From: Camelus ferus
Lineage: Eukaryota
DNA: 64,000 bases
Assembly (NCBI RefSeq): GCF_009834535.1
Contig: NC_045696.1
Span: forward strand, 68,264,001 to 68,328,000
Direction: 5' to 3'
Below the pieces are notes generated by a model, which was not told where the DNA came from, did not search any database, and worked only from the letters and a program-made list of their open reading frames with translations. The first letter of the stretch is position 1. Each line of letters opens with the position of its first letter. Below, one piece after another: positions 36,910-49,034 of the stretch. The translations under genes and the position numbers were made by a program.

Positions 36910-37240
36910 TAAAGCACAGTTGGTTATTGACAGACAAGTCCCTTCATGAAGAGAAACTGAAAAAATTTCAGCAAAGTCCTATCATTTAACAAAGGAGTGT
37001 GTGAAACTAGAAGTGGGATGGGGGAATTGTTAGCGAAGGCCCTGAAATTATATCTGGGGAGATCAAGCAGCTGGTTGAGAAGCTAACAGAGAACATGTTT
37101 ACAGAAGCGAACAGCAAGAGCTCTTTACCAATGGCCGGATAGTATCTTATGGACTCAACTCCTTGTTTGAAATCCCTGACAAACTCAGGTTTTCTATGTG
37201 GCTTGATTGTCGTGGACCATCCCTGTCCTCTGTCTGGCTT
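36910..37240 (+). mobile_element. Probable L3/CR1 ORF2 remnant
   Basis: ATTTCAGCAAAGTCCT..AGCTGGTTGAGAAGC..CCCTGTCCT landmarks; highly degraded. Confidence 0.4.
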
Positions 37241-37359
37241 AGCTGGAAGTTGGTGGATTCTGCACAGAAATCAAAGACCCTTATCTACCCAGTTACTCTC
37301 AATAAAGCTATTTTTTAAAGAAATCTGAATTTCTCTATCAGGTCGCTTCTTATCTGATT

Positions 37360-37383
37360 TCTATCTATCTATCTATCTATCTA

Positions 37384-37428
<45 letters not shown>

Positions 37429-37439
37429 TTATTTATTTA
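37360..37439. repeat. Compound STR (TCTA)6(TCTG)7(TCTA)4(TTTA)3
   Basis: Counted directly. Confidence 0.97.
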
Positions 37440-37619
37440 TAACTGATATTTAACCTTGTGCGAGTCCTGGGATACCTCCTGAGGCAAACCAGGATGAGGA
37501 GAGCATCCTGCCCTCAACAGCCAAGAGCCACCCATTTACTAGAAAGGGGGTGAGTGAGAGAAGTGGGGAGCCAAGTGTGGCCCAGGGGTAAAAGCCAGGC
37601 CCAGGTTTCTGGATGTAGA

Positions 37620-38200
37620 ACTGAAAGTACCATGTAACAGACTGTATTTAAATCCTGCTGTGCATATGACCTGGTTTAAACCCTGCTCCAAGCATATGTT
37701 TATTGGTGAGAGTCCTTCTTGGGTCTCAGCAGGAATTAAAAGAAATGATGTATGTGAAGCACTTGGCGTGTGAATGGCATTCAGAAAAGTGCACTATGGT
37801 TGTTATTAGGTTGAGTGTTTTATTCTAATTTAATCCTAACATTAAAGTATGAATAATGACTTCCTGTTTACAAATCACTTTGATTTTTTTTCATCTCATT
37901 TAACTATCATAAAAATCTTGTAATTCAGGCAATGTAATTATACTCCCACCCCACCCTAGTTTTACAGATTAGGACATTGATATTCAGGGGGGTCAAGTGA
38001 CTTACCTGGGGTCTCTTAGCTGCTAAGCAGCAGAGCTAGGATTTGGAGCCAGGTTACCACCCCAGAGCCACCCCTTTCCACTCGACTGTGTTGTTTCGTA
38101 AGTTGCCAAGTGACCTTGTGCAAGCATTCCACGTCCCGTCCCCCGATCTGGCCTTAGATGTCTACATCTGCAAAGTGGGAGGAATTAAATCACGCCTGAG
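37620..38200. mobile_element. MIR cluster: + (~37620-37805), - (~37850-38075), + fragment (~38095-38200)
   Basis: AATTAAAAGAAATGATGTATGTGAAGCACTTGGC; TTTTACAGATTAGGACATTGA..AAGTGACTTACCTGGGGTC; GTGACCTTGTGCAAG..CATCTGCAAAGTGGG. Confidence 0.75.
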
Positions 38201-39454
38201 AGCCCAGTGTCTCTGATTAAAAGCGTATGTTCAGGAATGGACCCTGCTTGCCGCTGGGCTCCGTGTGCATGTCAGAGCCCAGGCTTTGGGGGGGCTGGAG
38301 CCTGGAGCTGCGCCCGAACACAGGCCTGGCTTGGCGTTCTTCACTGTATCTGGCTGCCAAAAGGCCAGAATTCTCTAGAGAGCCTGAGTCCAATCTGGCC
38401 AACTTCTGATGGCCTTAAGTTATCCTCCGACCTCTAACTTCTGATTATCTGAAGCTTATTTTGATAAAGGCTGAGGAATAGCCATTATATCTCTCTGGAG
38501 ACCAGCTTCCTTTCTTACTTTCGTTATGTTCCTCCAACAACTGGGAATGAGAACTAGAAGTCAGGCCATCCGTATGTATTTCTGCCTCCGCTTGTGCCTT
38601 TCTTGTGACTCTGGGCAAGTCACATCCAAAGCAGGATTATTCAAAAGGGGTCTCCTGGCTTGAGGGTTTGTGGAGCCATATGGCTTCTTCTCAAGGAAGA
38701 AATGGAAGAACTAGGTTATACTCACCTTTAAGATATGAAGATAGGCTAATAACAATGTCTGATACTCAGGGCGGGTCCACTCCAGTTATCTTTTTGAAAC
38801 AGCTTTTCTACTGTATTGCAGAGGAAATAGGTGAGGAAAATGCTTTCTGTATCCAGCCCCAAAAGAAGTTGCAGGGCTCAAAGGTAATATTAGGTTCAAA
38901 CCACAATTTTTTTTCCTTCTGCATACCTCCTTTCCCCTTTTCTAGATGGGACCTGAAGTGACTCAAAGTCACTCAGGAGGTAAATTTCCAAGCCCTGCTG
39001 GACTGAGTCTTTCTGCACCTTGACCCAGTGTTGCTCCTCTTGGGTCAAGCACCTTGCTCTGGATTTCACTCATCATCTGGCTTCATTCTGCAGAGACTCA
39101 GGCAGGAGAACCACCTTCCCCCCCTGGCGAAGGACCTTCATACTCTGTGGGGCTGAGGCTTTGCATCAGCCGAGGCTGAGGGGCACCTCTCCTCTGGCCT
39201 CACTGCTCCTTGAGTTATAGAGCTGGTTTTGGTTTCATTTTGTCAGGGTGAGGGAAGAAAGGGCTGGTTTGATCTTTGCTCCACTTCCAGGGTGCAGACT
39301 ACCCAGACCCCTCTCCCCCAGCCCTCCGGGTGCTGCCAGCAGTCCCAAGGGGACAGAGAAGACAGACATTGCAAGAGCCTTGGGACAGCAATTTCACAAT
39401 TCACAAGGCTACAGGGCAGCTTGGAAGTGATGGTTCTAGCCATGTGGGGCAGTA

Positions 39455-39755
39455 GGTAGAAATGCTGGCCTGGGCTCTGGTCACCGCTCTGCCACCAGTG
39501 CACTGTGGAACCTCAGGCAAGTTTTTGAACCTTGTAATCCTCCTTTTCCTCACCTGTCAAACTAGGAAATGGGATGCTTTATAGAATAGAAAATGGTCAG
39601 ATTTGGAAAGTACATTTCGTACCATCTAATCCAACCTGTTTATTTTATACACTTGGAAACTGAGGACTGGAGAAGGGGGAAAACTTGCCCAATGTTCCAT
39701 GACAGGTATACAACAGGGTTTTTTTCTAGAAGACAAAGCCCTGCACCTCATGTTC
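39455..39755. mobile_element. MIR (+, ~39455-39580) and MIR3 (-, ~39585-39755)
   Basis: TTTTCCTCACCTGTCAAA; CATCTAATCCAACC..GGAAACTGAGGACTGGAGAAGGGGGAAAACTTGCCCAA. Confidence 0.8.
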
Positions 39756-40119
39756 CATGGCTGCTTCCTTTTCTAGATAATTTCCAAGGTTCTCCCCAGC
39801 TCCAGGAGTCTATCACTCACTCTAAAGGCATAGTCCCCTACCAGCTCTGGCTGCTGTCTTTGGGCTTAGTCTTGTGTGGGTCACGATGTGCTTCCTTTGG
39901 GGCTCTTGGTGACACATTGTGTCCAGTTACTCCCCTCATTACAGAACTCTTCAATTTCATGGAAGGCTGGGCAGATAATGTGCTAAGCAAAGCTTCTGGC
40001 CATCCTGTTGTAATGCTCGTAATGGTCTGGGCTTATTTCAGACAGAAACTTCAGGGAGGGTGTTGGGCAAAAGCGGGATCCACTTGGCAACTTGATCTGG
40101 TATATAGACAGACATGTTG

Positions 40120-40317
40120 CAGTAACCACCAAGAGACCAACACTCCAGGTCTAGCTTGGCCCCTGAATCACTCTGTGACCTTGAACAAGGTTCATCTCCC
40201 TTCCAAGCCTCAAGTTTCCCTATATTTAAAACAAGTTGAGGGGGGACAGAATAGCTCAGTGGTAGCGTGCATGCTTAGTATGCACAAGGTCCTGGGTCCA
40301 ATCCCCAGTGCCTCCAC

Positions 40318-40369
<52 letters not shown>

Positions 40370-40485
40370 GTAAACCTAATTACACCCCCACCAAAATCCA
40401 AAAAATTAAAAAATTAAATTAAATTAAAACAAGTTGATTGAATTAGATAATCCTTAAGGTACCTTCCAACTCTGATAGTAGAATA
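40120..40485 (+). mobile_element. MIR3 split by the young SINE
   Basis: CTGTGACCTTGAACAAG..GCCTCAAGTTTCCCTATATTTAAAA before, TAGATAATCCTTAAGGTACCTTCCAACTCTGA after the SINE. Confidence 0.85.
40240..40423 (+). mobile_element. Camelid tRNA-Ala-derived SINE (Vic-1-like) with expanded (TAAA)n
   Basis: A box TAGCTCAGTGG, B-box-like GGTCCAATCC, tRNA-Ala(AGC)-like head, AAACCTAATTAC-CCCCC tail segment, A-rich end; direct repeat TTAAAACAAGTTGA at 40226-40239 and 40424-40437. Confidence 0.9.
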
Positions 40486-40749
40486 TTGCCCAATCCTTTT
40501 ATTCCTTAAGGAATTTTGCTTAGGAACTGAGAGAATGATCTTTGCCACAGGAAGTCTGGGAATGCTTGCAGGATCATAAAACAAATATTAGAAAAAAACA
40601 TGAGAATATTATGTTGTCCTGTGCTTTTGGCTCATATTTTCTAAGGTCCATATCAAATATTTGCAGCATAACCACATTTTAATTTTCACATGCAGAGAGG
40701 AAGAAGGGGAAATAGGATGAAGACTTGCTATGAAAATTAACTAAGTTTT

Positions 40750-41275
40750 ATCAAAATATTATTGCACTTGGTAGGACATGTTTGGATCCTCAGCTTCATA
40801 GATACAAGATCCTGCCTTCAAAGCTCATGTCTACCAGGGAACTTAACCATAGAGATAAATAACTCAAATACAAAGTATGACATGTTAAAGCCATCATAAA
40901 GGACCTCAGGAGGGAGAGATCACTTACTGTTTAGGGGGTGTCAGGAAAATCTTCATGGAGAAGTTCGCATTTGATCTCGGTTTGGGGAAAGAAGTGGTCA
41001 TGAGAAGCAAGAGGAGGCCAGTCAGAGGAAATACTATGAACAAAGGCAGAGGCAAGGAAACCGTGTGAAGTTTGGTGACTAGTGAATGGGTAGTTTGTTT
41101 GGCTAGAGCACAAGGTGTGAAGTTGTGGGAAAGAAGACTAACTGAATTTATGTCATATTTCCCTAGCTAGTGCATAAATTGTTTTAGGGCAAAAATCTTT
41201 GTTCAGTTCATCTTTGTATCCCTATCAAAGATGACACATAATCATCTCCCAATACTTGTTTAATGAATAAATAAA
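40750..41275. mobile_element. L2 (-, ~40750-41140) and L2 3' end (+, ~41165-41275)
   Basis: AGATACAAGATCCTGCCTTCAAAGCTCA..TCAGGAAAATCTTCATGGAGAAG; TTCATCTTTGTATCCC..AATACTTGTTTAATGAATAAATAAA. Confidence 0.8.
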
Positions 41276-41744
41276 TTATATTATCTGGCACTTTTTCCTC
41301 CAAACCATCAATGCGCTGTGTAGACATAACTCTATCTTAGACTCTCAGAAGTCAAGCTGAACATGTTACTTATCCTGTTGACTGTCATGGATTTGAAGTG
41401 CCATCCCTCAGCCCTGTGAATGTAGATAGGTGATTTCATCTGAGAAGGAGGTTGTGTCTTGCTTGCTAGCTTCTAACAGTTAAAACGTGATGTATGTCAA
41501 ACATGAACAAGAAGCTGAATTCAGCAACTCTGGTGCAGAAATAAGCCCATTAACCATAGTTCCTTGCAATGGTCTATGGGGCCCATTCTAGGAACAATAG
41601 AACAAAGGAGACCCTAGATAACAGCTGTGAGTTGTAAGAAATGAAATCCCTTAAGAAAATGTGTTGATAAGTATCCAATGAGTTTCTATCACTTAGCATT
41701 TGTAGAATCCATACTGCTGCAGAAAGGATGAAAAGAAATCTGGA

Positions 41745-42010
41745 CTTTTCTGTATCTTGACTATGCTAGTCAACAATAAGCTTACACATGTGATAAAATT
41801 GTATAGAACTAAATACATACACAAATGAAAAATACCAGTAATAGAGGTGGAGTGTATCAATGGTAATATCTTGGTTGTGATATTGCATTATAGTATTGCA
41901 AGATGCATCACTGGGGGGGACTGGGTGAAGGGCACAGAAGATCTCTCTGTATTACTTCTTATGCCTGCATGTGAATCTATAAATATCTCAGTAAATTTTT
42001 TATTTAAAAG
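41745..42010 (+). mobile_element. L1MD-type 3' end fragment
   Basis: TACACATGTGATAAAATTGTATAGAACTAAATAC..CTGGGTGAAGGGCACAGAAGATCTCTCTGTATTA..GCATGTGAATCTA. Confidence 0.85.
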
Positions 42011-42013
42011 AGT

Positions 42014-44832
42014 GGGACCCAGATAGATTCAATAGTGAATTCTACAAAACTTTAAAAATAATATAAGAAGTTACATTAATTTTCTATAATCTCTTCCAGA
42101 AAATAGAAGCAGAGAGAATACTTCCTAACTCACTTTATAAGACCAGCATTACCATAATACTAAAACCAGACAAAGACAAAGAAAAAAAACTGTAGGCCAA
42201 TCTCTCTCATGAACATAGACATACAATTATCAACACATTTTCTTTGTCAAAATACTAGCAAATTGAATCAAACAATATATAAAAATAATTATATGCCATG
42301 ACCAAGAAAGATTTGTTTCAGGTATACAATAATTATTAAACATTTAAAAATCAATTAATGTAATCCATTATATCAACAGGCTAAAAAGGAAAAAAATCAC
42401 ATGATCATATCAACAGATATAGAAATAGTATTTGACAAAATTCAACACTCATTCAGATTTAAAAAACTCTTAGCCATGTAGGATTAGTGGAACATCTTCA
42501 ACTTGATAAAGAACATCTACAAAAACCCTATAACTAACATTATACTTAATGAAACAAAGTTTCCCCACTAAGATCAAGAATAACACAGGGATGTGTTTTC
42601 TCACCACTGCTTTTCAACATCATAGTGGAAGTTATTGCTAATGCAATAAGGCATGAAAAGTAGATAAAAAGTATATAGATTGGAAAGGAATAAATAAAAC
42701 TGTCTTTGTTCTCAGTTGACATGACTATTTATGTAGCAAATCAATGAATCAACCAAAAAAAAAAAAAAAGCCTCTTGGAATTAATAAGTGATTATAGCAA
42801 GGTTGTAAGATACAAGAGTAATATACAAAAGTCAATTGCCTTCCTATGGACCAGCAATGAACAAGCAGAATTTGTGATTAAAAACACTATATTTATATTA
42901 GCACTCCAAAAAAATGAAATACTTAGGTATAAACCTAACAAAATATTTATGAGATCTATATGAGGAAAATCACAAAACTCTGATAAAAATATTTTAAAAG
43001 GACTAAATAAATGAAGAGACATGTCATGTTTATAGTAGGAAGACTCAACATTGTCAAAATGCCTATCTCTTCCCAACTTGATCTAAAGATTCAATGCAAT
43101 CCCAATAAAAATTCCAGCAAGATTTTTTTTGAACATTGATGAATTAATTCTAAAGTTTATATGAAGAGGCAAAAGACCCAGAATAGCCAACTTATAGTTA
43201 AGAAGACAAAAGTTAGAGGACTACTATTATCCAACTTTAAGACTTGCTCTAAAGCTACAATAATCAAGACAGTACAGTATTTGTTAAAAAAAAAAATAAA
43301 AAAAGACAAATAGATCAGTGGAACAAAGTAGAGAGCCAAGAAATAGATCCTCATAAATATAGTCAACTGACCCTTGACAAAGGAGCAAAGGTAATACAGT
43401 GGAGTAAAGACTGTCTTTTCAAAAAATGGTACTGGGATAAATAAATAGCCATATGCAATTTTAAAAAAAGGATCTAGACATAGATCTTAAACCCTTCACA
43501 AAAATTAACTCAAAATGGATTATAGACTTAAATATGAAATGCAGAACTCTAAAAACCCTAGAAGTTAACATAGGAGAAAATCTAGATGACCTTGAGTTTG
43601 GCAAGAACTTTTTAGAAAAAATGCGATCAATGAAGATATAATTGATGAGCTGGACTTCATTAAATTTAAAACTTTTGCTCTGTGAAAGAGAATGAGAAGA
43701 CAAGTCACAGACTGGAAGAAAATATTTGCAACAGACATATTTAATAAAGGAGTGGTATCCAAAATATACAAAGAACACTTAAAACTCAATGATAAGAAAA
43801 TGAACTAATAGATTTTAAAAATGAGCAAAAGACCTGAACAGACACCTTACCAAAGAAGATATACAAATGGCAAGTAAGCATATGAAAAGATGCTTCACAT
43901 CATATGTTATTAGGGAACTGAAAATTAAAACAACAATGAGCTACAACTACATACCTACTAGAGCAGCCGAAATCCATAACAATAACACCACCAAATGCTG
44001 GCTAGGATAGTAGAGAATCAGAAACTCTCATTCACTGTTGGAAATTCAAAAATGGTACAGCTACTTTGGAAGAAAGTCTGGCAGTTTCTTACAAAACTAA
44101 ACATATTCTTATTGTATGATCCAATGATTACACTCTTGGTATTTACACAAATGAACTGAAAACTTATGTCCACACAAAAATCTGCACATGGATGTTTATG
44201 GCAGCTTTATTCATATTTGCTAAAACTTGGAAGCAACCAAGACATCTTTCAGTAGGTGAATGGATAAATAAACTGTGGCACATCCAGACAATGGAATATT
44301 TTTAGAACTAAAAAAAAAAAAAAAAAAAGCTATCAAGCCATGAAAAGACATGGAGGAAACATAAGTGCATATTACTAAGTGAAAGAAGACAATCTGAAAA
44401 GACTACATACTGTATGATTCCAACTATATGATATTTTGGAAAAAGCAAAATTGTGGAGACAGTAAAAAGATAAATGATTGCCAGGAATTAGGGAGCAAGG
44501 AAGGATCAATAAACAGAACACAGAAAATTTTTAAAGCAATAAAACTATTGTCTATTGTCTTTGATACTACAATGGTAGATACATGTCTTTTTACTTTTTT
44601 CTAAACCCATAGAATGTACAATACCAAGGGGAAATGTAATGTAAACTATGGATTCTGGGTGATAATGATGTTCATTTGTAACAAATGTACCACTCTGGTG
44701 GGGGATATTGATAATGGGGGAGGCTATGAATGTGTAGGAGCAGGGTGTCTGTGGGAAATCTCTCTTCCTTCCATTCAGTTTTGCTATAAATCTAAAACTG
44801 CTCAAAAACAACAAGTATTAAAAAAAAAAAAA
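42014..44832 (+). mobile_element. 5'-truncated L1MC1-like LINE-1 with disrupted ORF2 (RT to C-terminus), 3'UTR and poly(A)
   Basis: Translates to [23 protein letters not shown], degenerate FADD (LFSVDMT) and ELISDYSKVVRYKSNIQKSIAFL with many stops/frameshifts; 3'UTR TGTAACAAATGTACCACTCTGGTGGGGGATATTGATAATGGGGGAGGCTATG; ends in an A tract. Confidence 0.93.
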
Positions 44833-45559
44833 GAAAGGAAGCAAGAAATAACTCGGTCAGAGGAAGACACATAGCTGAAACAGCTCTAAGATATGGCCAA
44901 CAGGAGAGCTATGACAGGAACTGTTCTTCCTGGTTCCCAAGCCAAGGTAAATATATCTTTCCAACTGAGCAGTTACCAGGGTTAAGAGATTGTCTGTAGA
45001 TGTGAAAAAGATGAAGCCACACCTCTTGACTTTCTCCAAGGATGAGTTTTTTAACTGCTAAGCACTGGAGAACAATCAACTTCCCCCTTCAATGTCAGGG
45101 TGACATTTACAAATTCCTGGAGGCTGAGGCTTACTTACAAATCCCTTTGCAGCTCTTCCAACTTGGCTGCTAAGGGGTGTTTTTCTTTGCAGTTAGCATT
45201 CTGGACAGTCTGAACAAGTCATGAAAGCAGGGTATAGCTACCGTGTACTCTCAATGGACTCTGGAGGTCTTGTGTTGTAGACATCATTTTCAGCAGGTAA
45301 TGTGACATTTTTCTTTTATCCAGTCTCTGTGATGTGTTATTTGATTCTTGTTGAAAATATTCTTAAATGTTTGGAGTTTCGCTCAGTTCCAAGACTCTCA
45401 GGAGCTTGTGGGAAGGCGTGAATGGCTTTAAGTCCACCTTCCAGGACAGAGGACTTGGTATCAAACATTTGGCCACATTTCCTTCCACCAGCTAGAGATG
45501 CTTCACGATACTACAACCTGAGAGAGACTTATACTTCCTCAAAATTATGTGCATGCAAT

Positions 45560-45680
45560 CCTAGAATTTTAGAGCAGACTGGAGCTTTGAGCCAAACTAT
45601 CCATTTTATAGATGAGGAAAAGTGAGGTTTGAAGAGAGGAGATCACTTCTGCTAGGTTTCACAGTGAGCCAGAGCCACAG
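45560..45680 (-). mobile_element. MIR3/MIR fragment
   Basis: CCATTTTATAGATGAGGAAAAGTGAGG. Confidence 0.75.
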
Positions 45681-45769
45681 TCTTCAAAAAGGGCCTGTTT
45701 GGAGATGCATTCAACAATCTACTGGGATGCCAAATGGATATTAGAACTTCTATTTATGTAATTTTTGAA

Positions 45770-45998
45770 ATAGTTATGGATTCAAAGAAACTTACAAAAA
45801 CAAAATTGAAAGAGACGGAGCTATATCCTTCACCTTGTAATGGCATCTTGCTTACTTACAGTCTAATACCAGAAGAAGGAAGTCAACACTCTTACGGTCC
45901 ATGGTGCTTGTTTAGACTTTCTCTATTTTTTCTTACACTTGTTTATGTGTATATATGTATGCGTATAGTTCTATGTAGTTTTTTCACACGTGTGGATT
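45770..45998 (-). mobile_element. L1MD-type 3' end fragment
   Basis: TTTTGAAATAGTTATGGATTCA ... TAGTTCTATGTAGTTTTTTCACACGTGTGGATT is the reverse complement of the same 3' end type as 41745-42010. Confidence 0.75.
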
Positions 45999-45999
45999 T

Positions 46000-46716
46000 A
46001 AGCAGGCACCAAGAATTTCTATTTTTATATTATAAATATAAAAAAAGAAAGTTTTACCAATGTCTGATAAGGGGATGGGCGCTGCTACCCATGTTGGTGT
46101 TCACACCTGCATGAGAAAATCCCATCCTTCTAACATATCTAAGACGTCTTGAAGGCAGAACAGGAGTTGAGTAGTGGGGTAGTCACATGCATTCTTTTTA
46201 GGCTCTCAGCATATTGTGACATCCTCAAGTTCAAATGAACCCCATCAAACGTATCTTCAGGTTATATCATTCAGTTTCAACTAAACTATCCTTTTCAAAA
46301 TGGATTCAAAATGAGTTAAAATGATTTCTGCCTTAAAAGATTTTGACAAACAGTGGATTGAAGAAGATGACCTACGTAGCAAGTACAATCAAACAAGGAG
46401 ATGGAAGTGCTGATCCTTCTACTCCTGGTAAAAAACCTCTGCTAGTCCCATTTCAAGGAGAATGTAGTAGTCATCCAACCTGAGCTGACAGGAGGTCAAC
46501 CAAAAACTAATCGAAATTATTAAGAAGACATTTAAAAAACAGGATCGAATATTTCTTGTCCACAATGTACATGCATACTGTGTCATGAGATGAATATTGT
46601 GTAGGATGAGGTGAGCATCATAACATGTAAAATCCATCTTGAACATGACGATAAGCCTTTATCAAATTTTCAGTGGCGCTTAAAATCAGGTGATGCATAA
46701 TGTGAGACAAATTACA
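46000..46716 (+). mobile_element. Probable TcMar-Tc2 (Kanga-like) DNA transposon remnant
   Basis: AAAATGGATTCAAAA..ATGATTTCTGC resembles the recalled Kanga transposase start; terminal TTTTCAGTGGCGCTTAAAATCAGGTGATGCAT resembles Tc2 subterminal sequence. Recalled similarity only. Confidence 0.45.
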
Positions 46717-46774
46717 TACCATTAAGGAAATACTCCTCTTACAATATAACAGCAAATTCAAGTGCAATCATTTG

Positions 46775-47235
46775 CTTACTTATTGTCTGTGAGACCTTGG
46801 GCATGACATTATGCTTCCCGGACAGCACTTTTAGAGGACCCAGGAAGAGAAAGATGAAGAGAACGTGCTTTGTAAATGCAAAAGTTCCGTGCTAAAGGGA
46901 TGCTATTGCTATTATTAATTATTTTAACATAAAATTTCGGAAGACAATTGATTGAACAGGAATGTTACCTAGTGAGGAAATGATTGAATCTCAGATGAGA
47001 AAAATTTTTGCGGTCTATGTGAAGAAACAATTCTTTGAGGCAGAAAACAATACTCAAGTGTAGCAGCATGGTGGAGTATCTCCAGACCTGGATTTTGGAT
47101 TTCAGGGCTGACTTACTACTGCTGTGAACTTGGGCCAGACAGTTAATCTCTCCTAGTATCTGTTTTCTCCTTTGGAAAGGCTACTAACAAACAACCCATC
47201 TCACAGACTCATTGTGAGAACTGAGAGAGACAATA
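46775..47235 (+). mobile_element. Two MIR SINEs (~46775-46920, ~47060-47235)
   Basis: CTGTGAGACCTTGGGCATG..GTGCTTTGTAAATG; ACTTACTACTGCTGTGAACTTGGGCCAG..TCTCACAG..TTGTGAGAA. Confidence 0.75.
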
Positions 47236-47554
47236 ATTCTACTGGCGTCAGGTTTATTTCTTGTCCTCTTAACTCTCCAGAATTTTCTTAGAGAACTGAA
47301 CTGAGTACCCTAATTTCTCCAGAAAACTCCCAACATGTAAATTTTCAGCTTGCAGTAGGTACTTAGTGAAAGCTTATTAGATGAATGGTTGAAATTAATG
47401 ATCTCCAACAGGGAGCCAATGTGAGACCTCGGGCCGAGGCCCTTTGATCTTGGGATCTCAGACACTGACTGTCACTAAAGGATGATGAGCGTGCCCTCCT
47501 AACCAGAGCTGTTAGTGGACAGATAAAATACAAATGTAAGGATTCCTTTGATTT

Positions 47555-47790
47555 TGTACAGAGCATTACAATTTCCAAAGCACTTTCACATGCATCATCC
47601 TATTTGATCCACACAAACTTTTGAGTTACTCAGGCAGGAATTCCTAAAGAGAAGCCTTGGGCCCAGAAAAACAGAGTGGCTGCTAGACCAGGCATAGGAT
47701 ACAGTGCCAGAACCAGCCACCATTTTCTGAGCACATGCTGTGTGTCATGGGCTCTATGTAAATTATATTTGTTCAGTCCTCAGAAAAATC
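47555..47790 (-). mobile_element. MIR fragments; the last is interrupted by MLT1 and resumes ~48385-48500
   Basis: CAAAGCACTTTCACATGCATCATCCTATTTGATCC; TTTTCTGAGCACATGCTGTGTGTCATG. Confidence 0.7.
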
Positions 47791-47792
47791 TT

Positions 47793-48376
47793 TGGTTCAG
47801 TTTCTATTGCTGCTTTAAAAGCCACCCCTAAACTTGGTGGCATAAAAGATTAATTTTATTATGAGTGTGGATTCTGTGGGTCAGGAATTCGGAAAGGTTA
47901 CAAAAGGGCCAGCTTGTTTCTGCTCGGTGGTGTCTGAGACTCAGCTGGGAGATGCAGAGGCTGACAGGCCCACAGCTGTGGGCTGGGATCATGTCGGCCA
48001 TCACCAGTCGCATGTCTGGCAGCTGCTGCTCTCTGTCCACAGGGACGGGAGCACCTAAGTGTGGCCTCTCTGTGTGGCTTGTGTTCCTTCACAGCACGGT
48101 GGCCTCGGGACAATTGAATTTCTTACATGAATTTCTAGCGCAGTGCTCTAGAAGCAAGTGCTCCAGAGGGTGAAAAAAGGTGGAAGCTGGCGTAGCTCTG
48201 AAGTCACATCATAGTCTTTTTGCTTTACTCTCTTGGCTTTAAGCAAGTCACTAGTCCACGCATATCCCAGAGGGTGGGGGTGGGGGGAGACATAGATCCC
48301 ACTCTTTGTGGAGAGAGAGCTCAGGTGGGGTGGCAGATGTTACTGTGACCACTTTTAGAAAATACCACCTGCCACC
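47793..48376 (-). mobile_element. MLT1H/I-like MaLR solo LTR
   Basis: CAGTTTCTATTGCTGC..AAACTTGGTGGCATAAAA..GATTCTGTGGGTCAGGAATTCGG ... TAGAAAATACCACCTGCCAC. Confidence 0.85.
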
Positions 48377-49034
48377 CTCCTAAAAGAATTGAAGAATGTG
48401 GAAATCACAGTTCAGGGAGCTTGAGAATCCTGTTCAAAGTCACAGCTTATGCACTGGAGTAGCATCTCACCCAGGGGTTAGGATTTCAAAATCAGTGCAT
48501 GAGGTAAACACTGCTCACAGTCAGAAATTACTGTGGCAGTCCTTTAATTTGTCAGTAAAGTACAGCATATGTGGTTTTTCATAAGCAACAGATTCTAGTG
48601 TGTCATCTCCTGCTTGCTGAGGTTCATCCACTAACTTAATAAAGTGATGGGCAGAATCACTTGCACTATTTAAATTGTTCCCTCATTTCCAGCGTGCTGA
48701 TATTTAAATTCCCATAGATCCGATGCACTTTAAAGGGTAGATCCAGAATTGACTCAAGCCAGTCTAACTCCAAAGCCCAAGCTCTTTCTTCACTGCTGCC
48801 TAGAAAGCACCTCTGGGAGACTGGGGTAGAGATCAGAGCTTCAGGCCCGCCTGGGTTGGCACTACTGACACAGTGTAACTCACCAGAGTGAGCCTCAGTT
48901 GCAGCCTGGATGTGACATGCAGGGTCTGTCTGTCTCTGGCTTTACTCTGTGTGTCTAAGCTTTGTCCATGTTAAAGATACAGTTATTCTTGAGCTCCTGG
49001 TGAGTCCCACCCTCCTGGCCCATTGCCTTCTCCT

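Noticed and set aside
40240..40316. tRNA gene (Ala or Thr)
   Set aside because: It is a SINE head: extra 5' bases, mutated T-loop, A-rich tail, TSD, no T-run terminator.
39593..40321. Longest ORF (242 aa)
   Set aside because: Runs through an antisense MIR3, unique DNA, a MIR3 and the SINE head; no recognisable domain or exon structure.
42014..44832. Functional reverse transcriptase gene
   Set aside because: 5'-truncated, catalytic FADD motif degenerate, many stops and frameshifts.
41745..45998. Inverted L1MD 3' ends as a dsRNA fold-back or composite element
   Set aside because: The copies are visibly very diverged and 4 kb apart; independent old insertions suffice.
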